Below are positions 28,970 to 37,409 of a stretch of 43,917 nucleotides of DNA, one piece after another. The notes beneath the pieces were generated by a model. It ran no database searches. It was not told the origin of the DNA and was given only the letters and a program-made list of their open reading frames with translations. A program made the translations under genes and the position numbers. The stretch comes from Opitutia bacterium (lineage in GTDB: Bacteria > Verrucomicrobiota > Verrucomicrobiia > Opitutales > T3Sed10-336): NCBI GenBank assembly GCA_050506795.1, contig JBJHCF010000043.1:1-43917 (forward strand). The letters are read 5' to 3'. Within the stretch, counting starts at the first letter, position 1; each line of letters opens with the position of its first letter.

Positions 28970-29487
28970 CAGCAGGAGCCACAGGCGCTGTTACCTGGGG
29001 CGGTTATGCCGTACCTGGAAGCGGCGTATCCGAAGAAGCCTCATCGATCGTCGATAATTTTAATGTGTTTATCGAGCATCAGCAAAACTCCGAAGCCCTT
29101 TTTGGAGCCAAGGCGCAGCTTATTTCCGCGTTGAGGGAATTGGCGGTCGAATGCTCCGAAGACGATTGGGACGGCTACGGCGCGAATGGTGTCAGTGAGG
29201 CGGTCGCGCTTCGCGCCGAGGCATTCATTCGTGCCTTGCCCGAAGATATCCCGGCTCCCGAGATTTCCGCCGAACCGGACGGGCAGGTTTCTTTCGACTG
29301 GCTGCCTTCCGGGACGAAGACCTTCACCTTGAGTGTGAACGCGGGAAACCGGCTTGCCTATGCATGGATTGACGGGGCCAATCGTGGACACGCCGCGGAG
29401 CTGTTCGATGGAAATGCTCTGCCCGCCCGTGTTCTTGAGGAACTCCTAAGGATTGCAGGTGATGGCGCTACCCTCCGGACTGTCTGA
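28936..29487 (+). CDS. Hypothetical protein with WDGYGA motif
   Basis: Overlaps both neighbours; EDDWDGYGA and PEISAEPDGQVSFDW motifs. Confidence 0.75.
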   Translation: MYQSLLKPAILAAGATGAVTWGGYAVPGSGVSEEASSIVDNFNVFIEHQQNSEALFGAKAQLISALRELAVECSEDDWDGYGANGVSEAVALRAEAFIRALPEDIPAPEISAEPDGQVSFDWLPSGTKTFTLSVNAGNRLAYAWIDGANRGHAAELFDGNALPARVLEELLRIAGDGATLRTV

Positions 29488-29884
29488 GCTTGTTCAGGAC
29501 GAGGAGGCGATTTCACGGTTCCTCACCTCAAGCAGCCATTTCAATGCAACGGTGGTCAAACCACCCGCGTTTATCCCTAATCCGAAGAATGGGCGACTAT
29601 CCGTGGCCCGGCATAGCGCGGAGCCTTTGGAGGAGTCGGAGCGAATGGCGAAAGAAGACTTCAAGCTTCCCAAAGCCATTGGTGTGGCAGTCCTGGAAGC
29701 GAAAGAGTTTCGGAAGCTGGAACTTGATTTTGAAGCGGATGACACGCCTCCCCGGCATGCGGATGTTATCGGATGGACATGGCGGGAAGATGATCCGGAA
29801 TTCGGCAAATCCGAACGGAAGCTGAAAGCTGCGGTCCTTGCCCAAAAAGCGGAACGACTGATCTACCCGAACGCCCGATCCTGA
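29462..29884 (+). CDS. Hypothetical protein, possible ADP-ribosyltransferase-like fold
   Basis: ATG at 29462 overlapping the upstream gene; EAISRF...PAFIP...RLSVAR...RHADVIGW pattern. Fold call is inference. Confidence 0.7.
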   Translation: MALPSGLSELVQDEEAISRFLTSSSHFNATVVKPPAFIPNPKNGRLSVARHSAEPLEESERMAKEDFKLPKAIGVAVLEAKEFRKLELDFEADDTPPRHADVIGWTWREDDPEFGKSERKLKAAVLAQKAERLIYPNARS

Positions 29885-30064
29885 AAATAACGCTCCGTTT
29901 CCGCGGACCACGATGATAGACTTGCTATCAAAACACCAAGTCTGTCCGGATTGCTCATCAAGTCGGAAGGTGGCGGGATGCGACCGGGAAATGAGGAAAT
30001 GAGGTTTATGCCTAACATATTCCTCGCCAACGTCAAAGGGACTGGGTAGACTCCGGTTTTTGCT

Positions 30065-31693
30065 ATGAACGTTAACCTTAACCATTTCCCTCCCATTATT
30101 CGCGTTGTCGGTTGCCTGGCGTTGTCGGTGCATTTTGCCGCATTGCCGGCTCGGGGCCAGTTGGCTCTGCATGAGGGCGAGGTCAGCGACGCCTTCCTGC
30201 CGGTCGCGGAACGCCTCGACCTCGGCGGTCCGGTGTTTCTTTACGTGGACCTGGAGGAGGATATGTTATCCTTGGCCCGCCAAATCGAGCCGCTGATTGG
30301 AATAGTACAGGAGGCGGTATCGCCCATCCCGCCGATTCCCATCAGCGCCGAAGCGATCGTGCGCGAGGCAAATTTGAGCGGCCTGCGGGCGTTCGGGCTT
30401 TCTTCCGTTCGGCATCAGGGGCTCTATCGCAACAGCGTCTTTTTGTACCTTCCGGAAGGAAGGAACGGGTTGTTTCAAGCGTTCGGGGGCGACCCTGGAC
30501 CTTTTGTCGGACTGCGCTACACCCCGGCCGACGCCAGTTATTTTTATGAAATCGAGTACGACATCCCCGCCTTGCTGGAGACCATCAAGAATGTTTCCCG
30601 GGTCGTGATGGGAGAAGCCGGACCGAATATGATCGAGGCCGCGCTTCAGGAGCGGATGGAATCGGGTAACGAAACGACCTATAGGATGTTGGTGGAACAG
30701 CTTAGGGGCCGTCTGTCGGCGGCGGTGAACCTCGACCGCACGGCGCGGGTTCCGATTCCGGATACCAACGTATCCATTCCCGGCATCGAGTTTTTCGCCC
30801 GGGTGGAAAACCTGGGTCCGATCCTAACCGGCTTTATCAGGAACGATCCGCGTTTTGAAGCCTTCGACCGCGAAGGAAGCCCCGCCTATCGAATGCGGGA
30901 GCCGATCGATCCGGAGCTCATGAACAGCCGCCTGGTGTTTCTAACCGAGGGGAACGATGTCTTCATCGCGTCTTCAGAGGGCCACCTTGACCGGGTGCTC
31001 GGTCTCCAGAATAATCATCTGGGGAATGATGTGTCGTTTCTGAACGCGGTACAGGCGTTGGGTGGAGCGCGGGGAAACCAGATCGAGTTTGCTCGTCCCG
31101 AGGTTTACGAGGAGCTGCGTCACTTTATGACCTCATTGGGCGGTGATGAGGAAATGGGGCCTGTCTTTGATTTTTTGAGCTCCTGGATGCCCCGGACGAA
31201 CCGTCCTACCGTATCCCTGCGTCACAATCTTCCGGACGGAATTCTCGTGCGCTCGGAATTGCCGGCATCGCATAAAAGCTCACTGGCGAGGGCGGGGGCT
31301 TTCCCGTTGGCGATGATGGCATCGATCGCCATTCCCACGTTCTCCCGTGTCGCCGAGGTCACGGCGGCGGACTCCGAAGAGCCCGATTTTCCCCCTGAGG
31401 ACGCGTCTCCGATGGAGTCAATGGCCGACAGTGATGCCCGCTGGCTCGCCTCGGGAGCTCAGCGGTATTTTTCCGAGTTCGGCAGAACATCCGTGGTGGT
31501 TGAATACAATCCCGCATCCGGGGAATTGAGCGGGTCCCTTTCCCATTTCGTTCGTTCCCTTAATCCGGATTATTATCCTTTTCCCGAAACGCTTTCCGTC
31601 GCGGGAAACTTTGTCCTGGGCCATCCCGATCTACCCTTCGACCGGGAGTATTCCTCCGAAGGGCACTATCTCGGCCCGGCGGATTCGGACTGA
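30065..31693 (+). CDS. Exported hypothetical protein with pilin-like C-terminal segment
   Basis: Signal peptide, long uninterrupted ORF, MMASIAIPTFSRV...WLASGAQRYFSE near C-terminus. Confidence 0.75.
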   Translation: MNVNLNHFPPIIRVVGCLALSVHFAALPARGQLALHEGEVSDAFLPVAERLDLGGPVFLYVDLEEDMLSLARQIEPLIGIVQEAVSPIPPIPISAEAIVREANLSGLRAFGLSSVRHQGLYRNSVFLYLPEGRNGLFQAFGGDPGPFVGLRYTPADASYFYEIEYDIPALLETIKNVSRVVMGEAGPNMIEAALQERMESGNETTYRMLVEQLRGRLSAAVNLDRTARVPIPDTNVSIPGIEFFARVENLGPILTGFIRNDPRFEAFDREGSPAYRMREPIDPELMNSRLVFLTEGNDVFIASSEGHLDRVLGLQNNHLGNDVSFLNAVQALGGARGNQIEFARPEVYEELRHFMTSLGGDEEMGPVFDFLSSWMPRTNRPTVSLRHNLPDGILVRSELPASHKSSLARAGAFPLAMMASIAIPTFSRVAEVTAADSEEPDFPPEDASPMESMADSDARWLASGAQRYFSEFGRTSVVVEYNPASGELSGSLSHFVRSLNPDYYPFPETLSVAGNFVLGHPDLPFDREYSSEGHYLGPADSD

Positions 31694-31799
31694 AGGCGGG
31701 TTCGATCTGGGCGCCCTTCCTTTCGCCGGCGATACGTTATCGTCGCGTGCGTTCAAATCGCTTATCAGGAATGAAACCAAGGAAGAAATGAACTGGCTT

Positions 31800-31829
31800 G
31801 GAGTCTGTCGGGCTTCGCCGACAGCCTCC
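31800..31829. repeat. Short palindrome (possible terminator or IS-end remnant)
   Basis: GGAGTCTGTCGG-GCTTCG-CCGACAGCCTCC, 11/12 stem, between convergent genes. Confidence 0.6.
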
Positions 31830-31835
31830 TAGCGG

Positions 31836-31938
31836 GAATGGCACTCGGTTAAGGAGCTGAATCGATGTAGCTTAGGCTTCCAGCCTGAGACAACACGCTG
31901 GAAGCGTGTCCTACTTTGGGCTTAACCGAGTAGTATTC
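31836..31938. mobile_element. MITE-like non-autonomous element, copy 2 (103 bp)
   Basis: TIRs GAATGGCACTCGGTTAAG (31836-31853) and CTTAACCGAGTAGTATTC (31921-31938), 15/18; perfect 10-bp direct repeat CTCCTAGCGG at 31826-31835 and 31939-31948. Confidence 0.85.
31867..31914. repeat. Inverted doublet of GTAG-type REP-like hairpins
   Basis: GTAG-CTTAGGCT-TCC-AGCCTGAG on +; GTAG-GACACGCT-TCC-AGCGTGTT on -. Confidence 0.75.
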
Positions 31939-31941
31939 CTC

Positions 31942-32763
31942 CTAGCGGTGAGTTAAGGATACGGGATTGTCGAGCAGGAGCATATTCAGGGTTTCCTCCA
32001 TCGACTCGGCCCAGAGCCGGTAGCCGGTTTCGGAGAGGTGCAGTTCGTCCGGCATGATGGAATTGGGAATGGTACCGTCATCGGCCAGGAAGCGGTGCCC
32101 GATATCGAGGAAAAAAACGAATTCTCCATCCGCGAGGCGGGGCAGGACCTGATTGACCTGAGCGGTCAGACCGCGCCGGTGGTGGAAATCAGCTTTATGG
32201 GGAAAGATTCCGAGTAACAGGATCTTGGTTTCGGGAAGTTTTTCGCGCAGCTTCGCCACCACTGCGGTCACGCCCTGCAGAATTTCCGTCGAGGAGTTTC
32301 GGCCGGAGTTATTCACGCCAATCAACACGACTGCCACACGGGGATGGAGGCCGTCGATGTTTCCGTTGTCCAATCGCCAGAGGACGTTCTGGGTGCGGTC
32401 GCCACCGAGACCCAGGTTCAGGGCTCTTCCTTCGTAGTACTCCTCCCAGACTTTCCGTCCCGTGATTTCCCAGTCCTGCGTGATCGAGTCCCCGAGAAAG
32501 AGGATTTCAAGGTCACCCTGATGCTGTTGAACGCGCTCGTTCAACATAAGGAATCGATTGTGGCGTGAGCTTCCCTCTTCCGGCGGAACCGCCACAAACG
32601 TTGGCTCTGCCGGTGGCGGAGTGGACCCCTTCTGCAGCATGGCCCCGGTGAGTAAGCCAAAGGTGATCGCTGATACGATCAGGGCAATGACGAACGCCCG
32701 AGATGTGGAAAATGTGAGTAATTTGGCCAAGTCTTTAACTGATTTTTGTTCAATTTGATGCAT
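31942..32763 (-). CDS. SGNH/GDSL hydrolase (PAF-acetylhydrolase-like esterase), membrane anchored
   Basis: FLGDSIT, NLGLGGDRTQNVLWRL, IGVNN, MPDELHLS; N-terminal TM helix. Confidence 0.92.
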   Translation of the reverse strand: MHQIEQKSVKDLAKLLTFSTSRAFVIALIVSAITFGLLTGAMLQKGSTPPPAEPTFVAVPPEEGSSRHNRFLMLNERVQQHQGDLEILFLGDSITQDWEITGRKVWEEYYEGRALNLGLGGDRTQNVLWRLDNGNIDGLHPRVAVVLIGVNNSGRNSSTEILQGVTAVVAKLREKLPETKILLLGIFPHKADFHHRRGLTAQVNQVLPRLADGEFVFFLDIGHRFLADDGTIPNSIMPDELHLSETGYRLWAESMEETLNMLLLDNPVSLTHR

Positions 32764-33158
32764 AAGAAATGACGAGTAGTCAAACTAATCCTTGCTTCAG
32801 TAGAATATTACAGATTCTTTACTGATTACACGGGGAGCGTATTTCCCTGGGCTTAAGGAGCCGGAGGTCAATTCGATGAGAATTTGGGCAATGCCGATGC
32901 GAACGCGGCCCGCGTCGAACTTCGGTGTTCCCGTGGAACGCCCGGGGTCAACTTGCGCCGTTCCGCTCGTTTTTCATCCGGAGGCCGCAGAAAAGGGTCT
33001 TTCAGGAAGGACCTGAAAGTGAGTGACTTAACAGTTTGACCCGGCCCAAAAGGAGGCTGTTATTAATTAGTTCTAAAAAAAATGAAACTAAAGAGCCCAA
33101 TTTAGCGATTAAGTTCTTGTACGCTGTAAGTACTTGTACACTGCGCATTTTGTACGCC

Positions 33159-33917
33159 ATGAAAAAATTCCTTGCCATTTTGTCCGCGATCGCGGCTTTC
33201 GGTGGCGGCCTGACGGCCTACGCCAGCGAGGAAGCGGAAGCTTCCTCTTTTCTCGATCAGCTCGAACTCAGGTCGGTTGCCAGTCTCCCCGGAGGAGCCA
33301 TGTTCAGTATCAACGATCCGGCAAACGGACGTAGCTTCTGGATCGGGCTCGGAGAGCGCGCGCATGGTCTGGAGGCGGTTTCCTTCGACAGCCAGACCCG
33401 GCAGCTCACGGTCCGTTTCGAAGGGGTTGAGAAACAGTTGTCCATGCGGACCTCTCGGGTCCAGCAGGTGACGGAACCCGAGCCCCGGCAAATGACGCCG
33501 CAGCAGCGCCGCGAGGAATGGCAGGCAATGCGTGAGCGCATGGTGGAGTTTCGCGGTCGTTGGGAGGCGGCGGCGGAAACTTCGCCGGAGATTCGCGACA
33601 TCGAGAATCGCATGCAGGCCCTGGGCACTGAAATGCGTGACGTCATGGGGCGCGCCATGCAGGCCGAGCAGGGGTCTGTCCAACAGCGACGGCTGATGCA
33701 GCGTGGGAGAGAGTTGGGAGAAGCATTCCAGGCTTTGGGAGAGGAGTCACGGGCTGTGGTGGCCAACAATCCGGCGTTTCGGCCGGAGGATGTTGAGTTG
33801 ATGGATAATATGCGCCGCATGATGCCGGCTGCGGGCGCCAACCCCGGATGGGGTGGCGGGAGACCGCAGGGTGGCGGACCGCAGGGTGGCGGCGGTAATT
33901 TCCGGCGCGGTCAGTGA
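33159..33917 (+). CDS. Secreted hypothetical protein, paralog of 192..896
   Basis: Signal peptide MKKFLAIL...AYA; QLELRSVASLPGGAMFSINDP...FWIGLGE; helical region; Gly-rich tail. Confidence 0.8.
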   Translation: MKKFLAILSAIAAFGGGLTAYASEEAEASSFLDQLELRSVASLPGGAMFSINDPANGRSFWIGLGERAHGLEAVSFDSQTRQLTVRFEGVEKQLSMRTSRVQQVTEPEPRQMTPQQRREEWQAMRERMVEFRGRWEAAAETSPEIRDIENRMQALGTEMRDVMGRAMQAEQGSVQQRRLMQRGRELGEAFQALGEESRAVVANNPAFRPEDVELMDNMRRMMPAAGANPGWGGGRPQGGGPQGGGGNFRRGQ

Positions 33918-33946
33918 ACATTTAATCTGATCCGACCGGATTTTTC

Positions 33947-33988
33947 GCGGGCAGTCTTCCCTCAGGGAGACTGCCCGCTCTCGTTTTA
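33947..33988 (+). terminator. Probable intrinsic terminator
   Basis: GCGGGCAGTCTTCCC-TCA-GGGAGACTGCCCGC hairpin 30 nt after the stop, followed by TCTCGTTTT. Confidence 0.65.
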
Positions 33989-34120
33989 CCCTTTGCAGCG
34001 TTACCGGAGTTCGGGGGTGGAGTCGATTATGGTCGGGGTTTGACGACTTGCGGCTCGCGGTTGATACTCACCTCTGGAATACCCATTCCTGTCGATCAGT
34101 AATCCTGAAGGAAGCGATTT

Positions 34121-35134
34121 ATGAAGGCCTATCAGCTTGTATTGGAGAAGGAAACACCTCGGTTGAAGCTCATCGACCGGCCAGAGCCGACACCGGCCGC
34201 CGGAGAAGTGGTGGTGCGGGTGCGGGCCACCTCCCTCAATTTCCGGGATCTGATGATTCTCCAGGGGGGTTACGCCCGCGGAGCCAATTACCCGTTGATT
34301 CCGCTATCGGACGGCGCCGGCGATGTGGTCGAGGTCGGAGAGGCGGTCACTCGCTGGAAACCCGGGGATCGGGTGGCGTCGACGTTTTTTCAGGAATGGC
34401 GGTCCGGCGGCGCGACTCCCGAAACCGCGGGGAGCGCCCTGGGCGGCGCCCGCGATGGAATGCTGGCGGAGCGGGTCGTGCTGAACCAGGAGGGACTGGT
34501 GGCGGTTCCCGACCACCTCAGCTACGAGGAGGCGGCCACCCTGCCGTGCGCGGCTCTGACCGCGTGGCAGGCGCTGGTTTGGCGGGGCAAAGTGCATGCC
34601 GGACAAACTGTTTTGCTGCTGGGAACCGGCGGCGTATCGATCTTTGGATTACAGTTCGCCCGGATGCACGGGGCGCGGGTGATTATTACTTCGGGCAGCG
34701 ACGAAAAGCTGGCGCGAGCCAGGGAGCTGGGCGCGGATTTTGGCATCAATTATCGTCAGACCCCCGACTGGGAAAAGGAGGTGCTGCGGTTGACCGGGGG
34801 AACCGGGGTGCAGCAGGCTTTGGAGGTTGGCGGCGCCGATACCTTCGAGAAATCCCTCAAGAGTCTGGCGCTGAATGGAAACGTTCATGTCGTTGGCGGC
34901 GTGAGCGGGTTTAACGTGGAGGCGCCGCTGGGGCTGATGATCGGTAAGCTGGCCGAGGTGCACGGGATTTTCGTGGGCAGTCGGGAGATGTTTGAGGACA
35001 TGAACCGGGCGATCACCCTCCACCAAATGAAACCGCAGATCGATCGGGTTTTTCCCTTCGAGGAAGCTCCGGAGGCCTACGCCCACCTGAAAAGCGGCGC
35101 TCATTTCGGCAAAGTGGTGATTGCGCTCGATTAA
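34121..35134 (+). CDS. NAD(P)-dependent medium-chain alcohol dehydrogenase/reductase
   Basis: ATSLNFRD, IPLSDGAG, LPCAALTAW, GTGGVS, HFGKVVI. Confidence 0.92.
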   Translation: MKAYQLVLEKETPRLKLIDRPEPTPAAGEVVVRVRATSLNFRDLMILQGGYARGANYPLIPLSDGAGDVVEVGEAVTRWKPGDRVASTFFQEWRSGGATPETAGSALGGARDGMLAERVVLNQEGLVAVPDHLSYEEAATLPCAALTAWQALVWRGKVHAGQTVLLLGTGGVSIFGLQFARMHGARVIITSGSDEKLARARELGADFGINYRQTPDWEKEVLRLTGGTGVQQALEVGGADTFEKSLKSLALNGNVHVVGGVSGFNVEAPLGLMIGKLAEVHGIFVGSREMFEDMNRAITLHQMKPQIDRVFPFEEAPEAYAHLKSGAHFGKVVIALD

Positions 35135-35197
35135 ACCTGGAACCGTTTACAGCCGAGCCGGGCAGCGCTAAAGTGCTTGGCTCGGATTTTGTCCGCA

Positions 35198-35383
35198 ATG
35201 GAAACCGATTTTGCCAGCGTCACTTGTCCGACCTGCTTCCAGTCCTTCGACATCGCCGCTCCCGGGCGCAACGAACTTCCCGTCGAATGGGATTACGACT
35301 GCGAGATTTGCTGCCGTCCGATGGTGATCGCATTTCGCTGGGACGGCGGTGGAGTCACCGCGGAAGCCCACTCAGAGGCATAG
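35198..35383 (+). CDS. CPXCG-type small cysteine-rich protein
   Basis: CPTC and DCEICCRP motifs, 61 aa. Confidence 0.85.
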   Translation: METDFASVTCPTCFQSFDIAAPGRNELPVEWDYDCEICCRPMVIAFRWDGGGVTAEAHSEA

Positions 35384-35385
35384 CT

Positions 35386-35964
35386 ATGTCGAAGAATCCG
35401 AATCCACAAGGAAAGGGCCTCGTCCCAATTCTTTCCGTCCTGGCGGAAGGAAAGCAAGCCGTTGATCATGCCCCGTCGAAGGAGGTCGACCAGATTTCGG
35501 TGGAGCTTTTTACCTCGCTGTTCATCTTGCAGAGCGATTTCAAGTTTCGTCCGGTGCCCGGAAAGACCTATACGCTTTATCAAAAGAACGATCGATTCTG
35601 GCTGTCGCTGGTGGCGCCGAACCAGTGGGACGCAACGGTATCCGGAAAGGTTGTCGGCGAGTGCGAGTTGCATCGCGATATGACCTGGACACTGAAACTC
35701 TCCGAAGATGCGAGCAAAGATGTCGCCTTGATGGAGTATATCGAAAATAAGCGCAGGCAGTTCGACGATCGTATCCAAAATGCGGAGACTATGGAGGACA
35801 TTCTTCCGGAGTACGACGAGTCCATGGTGTTTTACCAGCGCGCCTACAGTCATGCCCTGGCCCATTCCCTGCGCGCTTCCATGCGGCGGGCCGGTATCGC
35901 GGCGCTCCCGTACCGCGAGGCAGGCTCCCCGGAGCGCCGCGCCTTGCGCCAGGGAAAGGAATGA
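35386..35964 (+). CDS. DUF2452-like protein
   Basis: ATG 2 nt after the upstream stop; FKFRPVPGKTYTLY...LSLVAPNQW motif. Confidence 0.75.
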   Translation: MSKNPNPQGKGLVPILSVLAEGKQAVDHAPSKEVDQISVELFTSLFILQSDFKFRPVPGKTYTLYQKNDRFWLSLVAPNQWDATVSGKVVGECELHRDMTWTLKLSEDASKDVALMEYIENKRRQFDDRIQNAETMEDILPEYDESMVFYQRAYSHALAHSLRASMRRAGIAALPYREAGSPERRALRQGKE

Positions 35965-35983
35965 CTCCGTCGGGCTAACGCGC

Positions 35984-36679
35984 TTATTTGCCGTTCAGCC
36001 GAGCATGGGCCGACAACAGGTCATGCACGTGGCGCAAATCAGGCAGAACCGTGTGACCGAGCTCCAACAGCTCGGTTGAGGGTTGGACCAGATCCGGAAT
36101 CTGGATCACGATCATTCCGGCCGCCACGGCTGAGCGAACGCCGTTCTCCGAATCTTCGACCGCAATGCAGGCCCGCGGCTCGACCCCCAGGCCCAAAGCG
36201 GCCCGGGTATAGATCGCCGGGTCCGGCTTGCTTTCGGGGACTTGTTCGCCACCCACAACGAGACGGAAATATGCGAGAATTCCAGCGCTTTGCAGTTTGT
36301 TTCGCGCGACGTTCGAATTGGTCGATGTGGCCACCGCAAGCGGGACCTCGCGTCCTCCCAGGTGGGCCAATAATTCAGTTGCCCCGGGTTTTAACGGTAT
36401 CGGCTGATGGGTGGTCAACTCGGTGTATTTCCGGTCCCAGACTTTGGCGAAAACACCAAAATCCACCCGATCCTGCAACTCGGTCCGGAGAATCTCGTCA
36501 CCGGAAGCCTGACTCCGTCCGATCAGTTTTCTGAACAGATCGCTCTGCTCTCCGAGGCCGAATTCGGTACAGGTTTCGTTGAATGTCGTTAACGCCAAAC
36601 GCTCGGTGTCGAGCAGCAGGCCGTCCATATCGAAGATCACCGCCCGAAAGGATTCGAATGTGTTTTCCCTCATGTCCAA
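35984..36679 (-). CDS. HAD-family phosphatase
   Basis: FDMDGLLLDTE, ATST, KPDPAIY, EDSENG. Start may be 36673. Confidence 0.93.
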   Translation of the reverse strand: MDMRENTFESFRAVIFDMDGLLLDTERLALTTFNETCTEFGLGEQSDLFRKLIGRSQASGDEILRTELQDRVDFGVFAKVWDRKYTELTTHQPIPLKPGATELLAHLGGREVPLAVATSTNSNVARNKLQSAGILAYFRLVVGGEQVPESKPDPAIYTRAALGLGVEPRACIAVEDSENGVRSAVAAGMIVIQIPDLVQPSTELLELGHTVLPDLRHVHDLLSAHARLNGK

Positions 36680-36720
36680 TATCGCCTCGCGCCGGACCGC
36701 GCGCAGCCCTCACCGTTACC

Positions 36721-36747
36721 GGGAGTGCGGGCATCCTGCCCGCACTC
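36721..36747. repeat. Solo GGAG-type REP-like hairpin
   Basis: Perfect 11-bp stem GAGTGCGGGCA-TCC-TGCCCGCACTC; reverse complement matches 6234-6258. Confidence 0.75.
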
Positions 36748-36752
36748 GAAAC

Positions 36753-37304
36753 CTAGGAATCCAGGTTTTGGAAAATGAGCCGGTAGAAATCCGGGTGGGA
36801 TTGCCAGGTCTGGCCGCTGATTATGCGATTCTGGATATGCGCTTCCTCCCCGATCCAGCGCCCGCCGGCCTGTTCGACTTCACATTTCACGTGTTCGTAG
36901 CAAGTGACGTCGCGTTCCTTGACCAGACCGGCGGCAACCAGGACCTGAACGCCATGACAGATACTGTAGATCCACTTTTTCTGTTCGTGGAAGGCGCGCA
37001 CGATTTTTAGCAGGGTGTCGTTGTTCCGCAAATATTCCGGAGCCCGGCCACCGATGAGGAGGATCGCATGGAAATCGTCAACCTTGACCTCGTCGAGCGC
37101 GAGAGTGGCTTCAGCCCGGTAACCCGGACGCTCGATGTAGGTGTCCCAACCCGGCTCGAAGTCGTGCATGACCAGATGCAGCGGACGCGCCGCGGGGGCG
37201 GCGATCACCGGATCCAGTCCGGCCTCCTGAAAACGGTGGAGCGCGTAGAGGGTCTCGTAGCTTTCGCCGCCGTCACCCGTGACAATCAGGATACGTTTAC
37301 TCAT
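36753..37304 (-). CDS. DJ-1/PfpI family protein
   Basis: GDGGESYE, GGRAPEYLR, SICHG nucleophile elbow. Confidence 0.92.
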   Translation of the reverse strand: MSKRILIVTGDGGESYETLYALHRFQEAGLDPVIAAPAARPLHLVMHDFEPGWDTYIERPGYRAEATLALDEVKVDDFHAILLIGGRAPEYLRNNDTLLKIVRAFHEQKKWIYSICHGVQVLVAAGLVKERDVTCYEHVKCEVEQAGGRWIGEEAHIQNRIISGQTWQSHPDFYRLIFQNLDS

Positions 37305-37409
37305 GCCCTACAGTAGAAGTTGTTCCCGACCGGAATCGACCAAAAAAGGACGCGGGAACGCGTCAATTTTCCGGAGGTTAGCGCTTATTGGCTCATGAAA
37401 AACTTCCGA

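Noticed and set aside
21582..30064. Defence operon as an integrated mobile island
   Set aside because: No integrase, transposase, tRNA or flanking direct repeat was found by eye at either boundary.
29597..30172. 191-aa minus-strand ORF at the right edge of the defence operon
   Set aside because: Overlaps two better-supported + strand genes; no motifs.
33862..33892. 15-bp coding tandem repeat (GACCGCAGGGTGGCG x2)
   Set aside because: Ordinary low-complexity Gly-rich tail.
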